Below are positions 50,603-60,120 of a stretch of 64,000 bases of DNA, in pieces; position 1 is the first letter of the stretch; each line of letters begins with the position of its first letter. Location: the NCBI GenBank assembly GCA_034676525.1, contig JAUCCA010000012.1:417033-481032 (forward strand), read 5' to 3'. The notes beneath the pieces are model-generated. The model was not told the DNA's origin. It did no database searches and was given only the letters and a program-made list of their open reading frames with translations. The translations under genes were made by a program, and so were the position numbers. The stretch comes from Giesbergeria sp. GTDB taxonomy: Bacteria; Pseudomonadota; Gammaproteobacteria; Burkholderiales; Burkholderiaceae_C.

Positions 50603-51829
50603 ATGCAAACCCAACTCGCCCCCGAATTCCAAGGCACGCCAGACGGCACAGAGGCCGAAGCGATTCTGCGCAAGTGCGTGCACTGCGGTTTCTGTCTCGC
50701 CACCTGCCCAACCTACCAATTGCTCGGCGACGAACTTGACAGCCCGCGCGGCCGCATCTACTTGATGAAGCAGGTGCTGGAAGGCGCCGAACCGACGCAG
50801 GCGACCCAGCTGCACCTGGACCGGTGCCTCACCTGCCGCAACTGCGAAACCACCTGCCCGAGCGGCGTCGAATACGGCAAGTTGGTGGACATTGGCCGAA
50901 AAATTGTGGACGAAAAAGTGCCCCGCCCGATGCTGGAGCGCGGCGCGCGCTGGGCGCTCAAGGAAGGGTTGCCTTCGCCCTTGTTCGGCCCGGCGATGAA
51001 AGTGGGCCAGGCCGTGCGCGGCCTGCTGCCAGCAAGCGTGCGCGCCAAAGTTCCGGCCAAGGAAGATGCTGGCCAGTGGCCTACGCGCACCCATGCGCGC
51101 AAGGTGCTGCTGCTGGCTGGCTGCGTGCAGCCGGCCATGATGCCCGGCATCAACAGCGCCACCGCGCGGGTGCTGGACGCCATCGGCATCCAGACCGTGG
51201 TGGCACAGGGCGCCGGCTGTTGCGGCGCCGTCAAGTTCCACCTGAACGACCAGGACGGCGGCAAAGCCGAGATGCGCGCCAACATCGACGCCTGGTGGCC
51301 GCAGGTGGAAAGCGGCGCGGTCGAAGCGATTGTGATGAATGCGTCTGGCTGCGGCGTCACGGTGAAGGAATATGGCCACCACCTGCAGCACGACGCTGCC
51401 TACGCGCAAAAGGCTGCGCGCATCAGCGCCCTGACGCGCGACCTCTCGGAGCTGCTGCCTGAAATTGCGCCGGCGCTGCAAGGCAAGCTCAAACGCGTGC
51501 CGGTGGGCGTTGTCGCTTTCCACCCGCCTTGCACGCTGCAGCACGGCCAGCAGCTGCGCGGCGGAGTGGAGCAGCACCTGCGCGCGCTGGGCTTTGACGT
51601 GCGGCTGACGCTGAACGAATCGCACCTGTGCTGCGGCTCGGCCGGCACCTACTCGGTGCTGCAAGCCAAGCTCTCGCACCAATTGCTGGAACGCAAAATT
51701 GGCCACTTGGCGGAGCTTGCGCCCACAGTCATCACCTCGGCCAACATCGGCTGCATCACGCACCTGCAAAGCGGCACAACCACGCCCGTGCGCCACTGGG
51801 TGCAGGTGCTGGACGCGGCGCTCGAATAG
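50603..51829 (+). CDS. glcF: Glycolate oxidase iron-sulfur subunit
   Basis: CVHCGFCLATCPTY, DSPRGRI, CLTCRNCETTCPSGV and two CCG domains. Confidence 0.96.
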   Translation: MQTQLAPEFQGTPDGTEAEAILRKCVHCGFCLATCPTYQLLGDELDSPRGRIYLMKQVLEGAEPTQATQLHLDRCLTCRNCETTCPSGVEYGKLVDIGRKIVDEKVPRPMLERGARWALKEGLPSPLFGPAMKVGQAVRGLLPASVRAKVPAKEDAGQWPTRTHARKVLLLAGCVQPAMMPGINSATARVLDAIGIQTVVAQGAGCCGAVKFHLNDQDGGKAEMRANIDAWWPQVESGAVEAIVMNASGCGVTVKEYGHHLQHDAAYAQKAARISALTRDLSELLPEIAPALQGKLKRVPVGVVAFHPPCTLQHGQQLRGGVEQHLRALGFDVRLTLNESHLCCGSAGTYSVLQAKLSHQLLERKIGHLAELAPTVITSANIGCITHLQSGTTTPVRHWVQVLDAALE

Positions 51830-51953
51830 CCATCCTCCACTGAGCGCTGCGCTCGCTTCAGTCGCGGGGCTTTACCTCGGCGCGCCAGCGCACTACAGTG
51901 CCCGAACTCGGCCCCAAACGGCAAATGCCAGACGACCGGGACCTGAGGAGGCA

Positions 51954-53057
51954 ATGATGAAAACCCGTTCCCACCTTGGCCTGCGCGCACTCGCGATGGG
52001 CGCTGCGGCGCTGCTCCTCGCTGCGGTCAGCCCAGCGCAAGCACAAAAAGCTGCCGCAGGCGCCAGAGAGATGCGCGCCGTGGACATCACCGATGCGCGC
52101 GGCTTTCAGCAGCCTGTGGTGGCCGCGATCGTCCAAATTCCAGTGGGCTGGCAGCCGCGCGGCGGTGTGCAGTGGGACCGGACCACCAACTGCGTATCCA
52201 ACCAAGTGCGCTTTGAATGGCTGGCGGCGTCGCCCGATGGTTCGCAGGCGTTTGAGATCATGCACGGCTACCACTGGCAGGTGCAGGGCACGCAGATCCA
52301 GATGAACCCTTGCCCGGTCAACCCTTTTGATTCCGCGCGCGCATTTCTTACCGCCGTGGTGCAGCAGCGCCGCCCCGGCGCGCGCATTCTGGACTACCGC
52401 TCCGTGCCAAGCGCCGCACAAACCACCCCGCTCCCGCCCGGGATGCGTATGCGCCAGGACGCAGGCGAACTGCTGGTGGCGTATCAGAAGGGCGGCGTGG
52501 AGTACCGCGAGTCTTTCAAGACGCAGGTGAACTTTACCGAGCTGCAGGGCAACGTCATGGGCGGCACCTCGATGGTGTTTGCGCAGCGCGCCCCCAATGG
52601 GCAACTGGACTTTGCACTGAGCACGCGCATCTCTTCGTCGCTCAAGCCAAATCCGCACTGGATGCAGCTGGCGAACCAAAGCACTGGCGCCGCCGAGCAG
52701 CGCTTCAGCTCAGCGCAAAGCCGTGCCATATCGAACTGGCACGCGGGGGAAATGGCGCGCATCAATGCCAAAGGCGCAGCAGATCGCGCCGCAATTCGCT
52801 CACAGACGAGCCGCGAAGTCGGCCAGATCTACTCCGACACCAACCGCAACACTCAGGCCACCAACGACGCCATGCACCGCCGCAGCCTGGAGGCGACGGG
52901 CGAGTACAACACCTATTCCGGCCAGGGCGGTGAGCCTGTGCGCTCCAGCATCCACGGTGGCGAGCGCGTGCTGCAGCTCCCCGGCGGCGGGTATTCCAGC
53001 ACCAACGACCCGTACTACAACCCCGCGGGCAGCCGCGAACTTGAGCGGGTGCGCTGA
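51954..53057 (+). CDS. Secreted hypothetical protein (367 aa)
   Basis: GAGGAGG RBS, signal peptide ending AQA, Cys pair; no family recognised. Confidence 0.75.
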   Translation: MMKTRSHLGLRALAMGAAALLLAAVSPAQAQKAAAGAREMRAVDITDARGFQQPVVAAIVQIPVGWQPRGGVQWDRTTNCVSNQVRFEWLAASPDGSQAFEIMHGYHWQVQGTQIQMNPCPVNPFDSARAFLTAVVQQRRPGARILDYRSVPSAAQTTPLPPGMRMRQDAGELLVAYQKGGVEYRESFKTQVNFTELQGNVMGGTSMVFAQRAPNGQLDFALSTRISSSLKPNPHWMQLANQSTGAAEQRFSSAQSRAISNWHAGEMARINAKGAADRAAIRSQTSREVGQIYSDTNRNTQATNDAMHRRSLEATGEYNTYSGQGGEPVRSSIHGGERVLQLPGGGYSSTNDPYYNPAGSRELERVR

Positions 53058-53060
53058 GCC

Positions 53061-53786
53061 ATGGCCCGGCCCCACACCCCCGCGTTGCTGGCCAGCGCAA
53101 GCATCATTTTCTGCATGCTGATGGCGCCACTTGCCGCATTGGCGCAAGACAGCTTTGGCAGCGCCCAACCCGCTTCACCCGCCCCATTCGCGCCGCCCCC
53201 ACCAGCCGCACCCCAGCGGAACGCCCCACCCGTGGAGGGAAAGCCAGCACCACCGCGCAGCGCTCAGCCGAAAGCGGCGCAGAAAAATTTCGATGCCGCA
53301 CCCTCACCCGCTGCCGCTGGCGAACAGCAGGACTTCGGCATTGCACCCATTAACCGGCTGCAGCCCACGGCCAGACTGCACAGCCCGACGCCAACCAGCA
53401 TTCCGGGCGGCAAGGTGGTGGGCACCGCGCAGTTGGCGCAGTGGATGCAAGGCCAGCAAGGCGCTCAGGGGCGCGTGATGCTGCTGCACGCGATTGGCAG
53501 CAATGAGCACCTGCCAAACGCCATTCCAGTGGTGCCCGCCTCTCAGGGGGGCAACTTCAACGACCAGGTGCAGCGCGAGTTCGGCCAGTATCTGGAGCAG
53601 GCCACCGGCGGCGACCGCTCCCGCCTCATCGTGACCTATTGCGCGGGCGTGCAGTGCTGGGGTTCGTACAACGCAGCGCTGCGCGCCATCCACATGGGCT
53701 ACCGCAATGTGCACTGGTACCGGGGTGGAATGGACGCTTGGCGAGCTGCCGGCCTACCGCTGAAGGTAGGCAACGAGCCGCAGTGA
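53061..53786 (+). CDS. Exported rhodanese-like protein with CxxxxCW motif
   Basis: Signal peptide, Pro-rich linker, SPTPTSIPGG, YCAGVQCWGSYNAALR and WYRGGMDAW. Confidence 0.8.
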   Translation: MARPHTPALLASASIIFCMLMAPLAALAQDSFGSAQPASPAPFAPPPPAAPQRNAPPVEGKPAPPRSAQPKAAQKNFDAAPSPAAAGEQQDFGIAPINRLQPTARLHSPTPTSIPGGKVVGTAQLAQWMQGQQGAQGRVMLLHAIGSNEHLPNAIPVVPASQGGNFNDQVQREFGQYLEQATGGDRSRLIVTYCAGVQCWGSYNAALRAIHMGYRNVHWYRGGMDAWRAAGLPLKVGNEPQ

Positions 53787-53815
53787 CTGGCCAGCGCTAG
53801 AAAGTCGACCCGCGG

Positions 53816-55240
53816 TTACTGCGCAAAAATCTTTCCCGGGTTCAGAATGTTTTTCGGATCAAGCGCCTGCTTGATGGCGCGCATGGCGCCCACCGCGCCG
53901 GCCCCGGCCTCGTCAAGCAGGAAACCCATTTTGTGGATGCCGATGCCGTGCTCGCCGGTGCAGGTGCCGCCGAGCGCCAGCGCGCGGGCTACAAGCTGGC
54001 GGTTGAGCTGCTCGGCCTGGTCGCGTTCGGTGGGGCTTTCTGGGTCAATCAAATAGCCGAAATGGAAGTTGCCGTCGCCGACGTGGCCGACCAGGAAGTA
54101 CGGGATGGAACTGGCGTCCGCTTCCTGCACCGATTCAAGTAAGCAATCGGCCAAACGGCTGATCGGCACGCAGGTGTCGGTGGATATCGCCTTGCAGCCG
54201 GGGCGGCTTTGAACGGCGGCAAAGTAGGCGTTGTGCCGCGCCGCCCAGAGGCGCGTGCGCTCTTCGGGTGTGCTGGCCCATTCGAAGGCGTTGCCGCCAA
54301 ATTCGCTGGCGATTTCCTGCACGGTCTCGGCCTGCTCGCGCACGCTGGCGGGGGAGCCGTGGAACTCCATTAGCAGCATGGGCTCTTCGCGCAGGGTCAG
54401 TTTGGCGTGCGCATTTACCAAGCGAACGCTGTTGGCGTCGATCAGCTCGCAGCGGGCAATCGGCACGCCAAGCTGGATGGTCTGAATTACCGTCCGCACC
54501 GCAGCCTCAATGGTCGGGAACGAGCAGATGGCGGCCGACACCGCTTCTGGCAATGGGTAGAGCCGCACCGTCACTTCCGTAATGACGCCCAGCGTGCCTT
54601 CGCTGCCCACCATGAGGCGGGTCAGGTCGTAGCCGGCGCTACTTTTCTTGGCGCGCGTACCGGTGCGGATCGCTTCGCCGCTGGCCAGCACGACTTCCAA
54701 TGCCAGCACGTTCTCACGCATGGTGCCGTAGCGTACGGCGTTGGTGCCGCTGGCGCGGGTAGCGGCCATGCCGCCAATGCTGGCGTCGGCGCCGGGGTCA
54801 ATGGGGAAGAACAGGCCGGTGTCTTTCACTGCGTCGTTGAGCTGCTTGCGCGTGATACCCGGCTGCACGGTCACGGTGAGGTCGTCGGCATTCACCGAGA
54901 GCACACCGTTCATGCGGTTCACGTCCAGGCTGATGCCGCCCTGCACAGCCAGCAAATGCCCTTCAAGTGAGGAGCCGGCGGCGTAGGGGATGACTGGGAC
55001 GCTGTAGTCGTTCGCTAAGCGCAGTGCGTCCTGCACGTCGCGGGTACTTTCTGCAAACACGACGGCAGACGGCGGCGGCGCCTGCAGCGAACCTTCGTCC
55101 CGGCCGTGCTGCTCGCGCACCGATTGGGCGGTGCTGCACTGCGCGCCAAAGCGCGCCGCAAGCGCGTCGAGCAGGCTCTGCGGCACCGGACGCAGCGCGA
55201 TTTCAGGAAGCAGGTGGGCGGCGGCGGTGGGGGCGTTCAT
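53816..55240 (-). CDS. FAD-linked oxidase, D-lactate dehydrogenase (cytochrome)-like
   Basis: GSSLEGH, DPGADASIGG, GTNAVRYG, GHVGDGNFH and GEHGIG. Confidence 0.9.
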   Translation of the reverse strand: MNAPTAAAHLLPEIALRPVPQSLLDALAARFGAQCSTAQSVREQHGRDEGSLQAPPPSAVVFAESTRDVQDALRLANDYSVPVIPYAAGSSLEGHLLAVQGGISLDVNRMNGVLSVNADDLTVTVQPGITRKQLNDAVKDTGLFFPIDPGADASIGGMAATRASGTNAVRYGTMRENVLALEVVLASGEAIRTGTRAKKSSAGYDLTRLMVGSEGTLGVITEVTVRLYPLPEAVSAAICSFPTIEAAVRTVIQTIQLGVPIARCELIDANSVRLVNAHAKLTLREEPMLLMEFHGSPASVREQAETVQEIASEFGGNAFEWASTPEERTRLWAARHNAYFAAVQSRPGCKAISTDTCVPISRLADCLLESVQEADASSIPYFLVGHVGDGNFHFGYLIDPESPTERDQAEQLNRQLVARALALGGTCTGEHGIGIHKMGFLLDEAGAGAVGAMRAIKQALDPKNILNPGKIFAQ

Positions 55241-55311
55241 TGGCAGGTCTCCAGAAGGGCTGAAGACGATGGTACCGCCACGCGTGACCTGCGACGTGCG
55301 ACCTCGACGCG

Positions 55312-55758
55312 TCAGCGGCGCACGTCGGCGTCGAACTCAGCGCGCGAGACCACGGCGTCGTGGTTGGCATCGACCGCCTGCATGCGTTCAGCCAAACCGG
55401 GCACGGTTTTCAGCTCGGCGGCGCTGAGCTTGCCGTCCCGATTGACATCGGCTCGGTCGAAGGCATCTTTTGCTGAAGCCGACGGCATGGTCGCCGTCAC
55501 TTCGGGCCGTACATCGGGGTTGTGGGCTGCGCCAGCCCCTGCGGCCTTGTTGGTTGGGCCGAATGCGGGCGAGGTGGTCATTGGGGGCGGCGCCTTTTTG
55601 TGCGTCATCGCCGGTGGTTGATTGGCGGGGTTCGCTGCAGCAGGTGTGCTGTCGGCGGCATGGACGTGCAGGGCAACGCCTGCACCCAAGCTGATGGCGG
55701 CGAAAAGCAAGACGCTTCGGGTGTCGAAGAATTGATTCGAACGGATGCTGGTACGCAT
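55312..55758 (-). CDS. Secreted EF-hand protein
   Basis: Signal peptide; DVNRDGKLSAAE and DANHDAVVSRAE loops. Confidence 0.8.
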   Translation of the reverse strand: MRTSIRSNQFFDTRSVLLFAAISLGAGVALHVHAADSTPAAANPANQPPAMTHKKAPPPMTTSPAFGPTNKAAGAGAAHNPDVRPEVTATMPSASAKDAFDRADVNRDGKLSAAELKTVPGLAERMQAVDANHDAVVSRAEFDADVRR

Positions 55759-55900
55759 GAACTTCCTTTGCGGTGAGTGAAACACCGCTGCATTGCAACA
55801 AACCCGCGCCGTGCACGCCAGCAGTTTTGCCTTTGGTTGCATGCGCCCACATTTGGGAGCGTGATGTAACCTTGTTCCATCTTGAACGCAGGAGAGAACC

Positions 55901-56467
55901 ATGGGCAAGCGCCTCACACAAATCGCCACGCGCACCGGAGACGACGGCACGACTGGCCTTGGCGACAACACGCGCGTGCCGAAAAACCACCTGCGCGTGC
56001 AGGCGATGGGCGATGTGGACGAACTCAACTCACACATCGGGCTGCTGCTGTGCGAGCCTTTGCCAGCCGAAGTGTCCGAGCTGCTCACCGATGTGCAGCA
56101 GCAGCTCTTTAACTTGGGCGGCGAGCTGTCGATTCCAGGCTTTGAGCTGCTCAAAGATGCTGCCGTGCTGCAGCTCGACCAAGGGCTCGCCACCCACAAC
56201 GCCGCGCTGCCGCGCTTGCAGGAGTTCATCCTGCCGGGCGGCACCCGCGCTGCGGCGCAGGCGCACATCTGCCGCACCGTCGCACGCCGTGCCGAGCGCG
56301 CGGTGGTGGCGCTGGGTAATGAGGAAGCAGTGCGCGAGGCACCGCGGCACTACCTCAACCGACTGTCGGATTTGATGTTTGTCCTCGCACGCGTGCTCAA
56401 CCGCATTGACGGCGGCGACGACGTGTACTGGAAGAGCGAAAAGCTCGCCCGCAGCGATGCTGCTTAA
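55901..56467 (+). CDS. PduO-type cob(I)alamin adenosyltransferase
   Basis: TRTGDDGTT, GDVDELNS, FILPGG and LNRLSDLMF. Confidence 0.93.
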   Translation: MGKRLTQIATRTGDDGTTGLGDNTRVPKNHLRVQAMGDVDELNSHIGLLLCEPLPAEVSELLTDVQQQLFNLGGELSIPGFELLKDAAVLQLDQGLATHNAALPRLQEFILPGGTRAAAQAHICRTVARRAERAVVALGNEEAVREAPRHYLNRLSDLMFVLARVLNRIDGGDDVYWKSEKLARSDAA

Positions 56468-56665
56468 AAAGTCACCGGGTTTGCCGGGCGAGCGCCTCTA
56501 CTGCGCTGCGCCAATGGGACTTCCTGTTTTGAACGGGCGCATCTGGCATTTCAACCCAGCGGAAAGATACAGGGTCGATACAAATACTGGTCCCAGCGCG
56601 GCAGAGACTCCGGTCCCGTCAAGCTCAGGGAGCAACTCCCTGTCCACTCGCTAGACCCGATTGCT

Positions 56666-57496
56666 TCACTCGATGCGGATTTTTCGGTAGCGCGCCTTGG
56701 CAATCTGCGCCAGACCAAAAGCAATCAGGCCGGCAGCCACCGCACCCAGCAGCAAGGGGCCATACGGCTGGTCACGCATCGACTGCAATGCGCCGGAAAC
56801 TCCCATGACGTGGTCGGAATCGTAGCGCCACGCTGCGTACAGCAAAAACGCGCCGATGAGCCCAAACAAGGTCCCGCGCGCAAGGTAGCCAAACGTGAGC
56901 AGCGCCAAGATCGGTATGCGCATGGGGGTGTTGCCCAGTGTCATCCGCGTAGTTTTGTGCGGCCGGCACGCCATGAAGCACTGCACCAGCGCAAACAGCA
57001 CGATTCCCACACCGACAGCGCCTAGCAGCCATTGGCCATACGGAAGGCGCAGCGCCACCGCTGCCAGTTGCTTAGGGGCTTGGCCACCCTCGCCTCCACC
57101 GCCGTGTCCCAACAGCAACCAGGCGGCGATGCCCGCCAGCACGCAGTGCAGGGCTGCGTTCCATACATGGTGAATGCGCAGGGCAATTCTCTTCATGCTC
57201 CAGCGTTCCTTTGTGCATTCCGGGTCCAGCACCGACAGCACCAGCTGCCAGAGCACAAAAGCCGCCAGACCCAGCCCCAGCAACGCCAGCTGGGGTCGGC
57301 CAAGTGGGCCGTCGGCAAGCCGAGACATGGCGCCCTGGGTGCCGCTTGGGCGCTCTGAAGGGTCGAATGCACCGGCGAGCGCCAAGCCACCAATCAACAC
57401 ATATATGGTGCCTTCCGCTGCGATACCGACCCGGGCAAGCCAGCGCAGCCAGCGGGGTGCTTCGCGCCCTTCGGTTGGAGGTGCCGTGCTGGTCAT
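56666..57496 (-). CDS. DUF1206 family membrane protein
   Basis: Repeated ARxG...GxxYxLIG units and QPYGPLLLGAVAAGL. Confidence 0.82.
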   Translation of the reverse strand: MTSTAPPTEGREAPRWLRWLARVGIAAEGTIYVLIGGLALAGAFDPSERPSGTQGAMSRLADGPLGRPQLALLGLGLAAFVLWQLVLSVLDPECTKERWSMKRIALRIHHVWNAALHCVLAGIAAWLLLGHGGGGEGGQAPKQLAAVALRLPYGQWLLGAVGVGIVLFALVQCFMACRPHKTTRMTLGNTPMRIPILALLTFGYLARGTLFGLIGAFLLYAAWRYDSDHVMGVSGALQSMRDQPYGPLLLGAVAAGLIAFGLAQIAKARYRKIRIE

Positions 57497-57619
57497 GATT
57501 GGCAGGGCGGATGGCGCGCGATGCGCTGCGAACGCGTCTGCACGCCAATACGTACGGCGTTGCGGCACCGCTGCCTTGCCCATGTGCTTTGCATCATGGC
57601 CGCCCGATCGCCGCGGGGG

Positions 57620-59305
57620 TCAGGTGGCCCCCGCCATCTCTTGCGCCGCCTGCGCGCCTTCAGACGAATGCCCCACCTGCACCGGCTTGAAGCTGTGCGC
57701 GCTGGCCAGGGGCCAGTAGGTGCGAAACACGTTGTGCTGCCCATCCAGCGCGCCCAGCAAGGCGCCCGGCTTCACCTGCATCACCAGGTTGCTCAGCAGC
57801 CGCACCTCGGTATCCGATATGCGCCGCACGATGTGGTGCGCGGTGATCTGGCGCGGGTGGTCCAGCCCGGCGGCCTGCACCAGTTCCTGCAGCGCGTGCA
57901 GCGTGCTGCGGTGAAAGTTGTGCACCCGCTCGGCCTTGTCGGGCACCACCAGCGCTTGCTGGCGCAACGGGTCTTGGGTGGTCACGCCCGTGGGGCACTT
58001 GCCGGTGTGGCAGGACTGCGCCTGAATGCAGCCCAGCGCCATCATGAAACCGCGCCCCGCATTGCACCAGTCGGCGCCCAGCGCCATCATGCGGGCCAGG
58101 TCAAACGCGGATATCACCTTGCCGGCGCAGCCCAGCTTGATGCGGCCCCGCAGGCCCACGCCCACCAGCGTGTTGTGCACCAGCAGCAGCCCTTCCTGCA
58201 AGGGTGCGCCCACATGGTCGATGAACTCCACCGGGGCCGCGCCGGTGCCGCCCTCGGCCCCGTCCACCACGATGAAGTCGGGGGTAATGCCGGTCTCTTG
58301 CATGGCCTTGACGATGGCAAACCACTCCCATGGGTGGCCCAGGCAGAACTTGAAGCCAGTGGGTTTGCCGCCCGATAGGTCGCGCAGCCGGGCAATGAAA
58401 TGCATCAGCTCCACCGGCGTGGAAAACGCGCTGTGCGACGACGGCGAAATGCAGTCCACACCCATGGGCACGCCGCGCGCCGCCGCAATCTCGGCCGTCA
58501 CCTTGGGCGCCGGCAGCACGCCGCCGTGGCCGGGCTTGGCGCCCTGGCTCAGCTTGATTTCGATCATCTTGACCTGCGGGTCGGTGGCGTTCTTGGTGAA
58601 CCGCTCGGCGTTGAAGCTGCCGTCGTCGTTGCGGCAACCAAAGTAGCCCGAGCCAATTTCCCAGATCAGCGCGCCGCCATGCTCGCGGTGGTACTGCGAG
58701 ATGGAGCCCTCGCCCGTGTCGTGCGCAAAGTTGCCCGCCTTGGCGCCCTTGTTCAGCGCCAGGATGGCGTTGGCCGACAGCGCGCCAAAGCTCATGGCCG
58801 AAATGCTGAACACGCTGGCGTCGTACGGCTGCGCGCAGCGCTCACCAATCGTGATGCGAAAGTCGTGGTTGGCCAGCACCGTGGGCTGCATGGAATGGTT
58901 GATCCATTCGTACCCGGCGTCCGACACAGTGAGCTGCGTGCCAAACGGCCGCACATCGGTATCGCCCTTGGCGCGCTGGTACACCAGCGAGCGCTGCGCG
59001 CGCGAAAACGGCGTCGCTTCCGAGTCGCCCTCAATGAAGTACTAGCGCATTTCCGGGCGGATGAATTCAAGCAAAAACCGCAAATGCCCAATCACCGGGT
59101 AGTTGCGCAAGATGGCGTGTCGCGTTTGCCGCAGGTCGTGCACGCCCACTGCAACCAGAGCGGCAAACACCACAACCGACAGCCACGCCAGCCAGAACGT
59201 CGGCGCGGCGATCAATCCCGCAATGCTGGCCAGCAGGGCCAGGGCGCACACGACAAAGGCGCTGTAGCGCAGCGGGGGGCGGGTAGGTTTCTGGACGGTG
59301 GGAAT
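57620..59305 (-). pseudogene. FMN-binding glutamate synthase family protein with an internal amber stop and an ATT start
   Basis: HAILRNYPVIGHLRF...IRPEMR*YFIE with TAG at 59044-59042 where Gln is expected; EIKLSQGAKPGHGG; CHTGKCPTGV. AAGGAG RBS is followed 6 nt later by ATT (59305), not ATG. Confidence 0.85.
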
Positions 59306-59445
59306 AGCAGGCTCCTTTTATAGGTTCAAGGTATCACAAGGCGCCAGATTTGCAGTGGTGCGGAGCGTCGTTTGCAACGCTTCTGCGCATGCACGACAAC
59401 ATTCCACGTTTTACGCGCATGTGTCCAAACGATTACAATTGCGGC

Positions 59446-59739
59446 ATGCTGTCTATAAAGCCACTACCAGGATTCACCCAGTGGTTGGAGGCCTTGCCAG
59501 ACGCATCCGTGCGGGGCGTTGTGCTCGCCCGTATCAAGCGTCTGTCACTTGGTTTGATGGGCGACGTGTCGCCTGTAGGTGAAGGCGTATCTGAGATGCG
59601 AATCCATGTAGGGGCTGGTTGGCGCGTTTACTTTGTGCAGCGCGGCAAAGAAGTCATTGTTTTGCTGGCCGGTGGCTCAAAACGTACGCAAGTTGCGGAT
59701 ATCAAACGTGCCAAAACACTGGCCAAATTACTCGATTGA
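59446..59739 (+). CDS. RelE/ParE-superfamily toxin (addiction module killer type)
   Basis: RIKRL..G.MGDVSPVGEGVSEMRIHVGAGWRVYF and LLAGGSK. Confidence 0.9.
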   Translation: MLSIKPLPGFTQWLEALPDASVRGVVLARIKRLSLGLMGDVSPVGEGVSEMRIHVGAGWRVYFVQRGKEVIVLLAGGSKRTQVADIKRAKTLAKLLD

Positions 59740-59753
59740 TGAAAGAAAAAATC

Positions 59754-60059
59754 ATGGCTTCACGCATCAAAGTTGACGAACTCCCCGAATTCGATGCTGC
59801 GCCGTATTTGGGAGACGAAGCCACCATTGCCGCCTATTTGACCGATATTTTGGAGGCGCAGGACCCTGGCCTGCTCGCTGCAGCGTTAGGCGACATTGCC
59901 AGAGCCCGTGGCATGAGCGAGATAGCAAAAGCCTCCGGCATTACGCGTGAAGCTCTGTACAAGGCATTGCGTGCTGATGCGCAACCCAGGTTTGACACCA
60001 TTAGCCGTGTTTGTTCAGCTTTAGGTGTTCGCTTGGTAGCGCAACCGATGAACGTTTGA
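59754..60059 (+). CDS. HTH antitoxin (addiction module antidote type)
   Basis: FDAAPYL, ALGDIARARGMSEIA..SGITREALYKAL and PRFDT. Alternative start at 59739. Confidence 0.9.
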   Translation: MASRIKVDELPEFDAAPYLGDEATIAAYLTDILEAQDPGLLAAALGDIARARGMSEIAKASGITREALYKALRADAQPRFDTISRVCSALGVRLVAQPMNV

Positions 60060-60120
60060 GCGCCGAATGCGCCAGTTGCCGAATGACGTACTCTCGATTA
60101 AGAGGCTACGCCCTGCTGAT

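Noticed and set aside
53816-55240. Assigning this FAD oxidase as glcD
   Set aside because: The GSSLEGH and GTNAVRYG motifs fit the D-lactate dehydrogenase-like subfamily, and it is on the opposite strand outside the glc unit.
59042-59044. Pyrrolysine or programmed readthrough of the amber codon
   Set aside because: The position corresponds to an ordinary Gln, no pyl genes are in the window, and the start codon is also altered.
59446-60059. Toxin-antitoxin pair as an integron cassette
   Set aside because: No attC-like boxes flank it, and it is separated from the array by the MFS gene.
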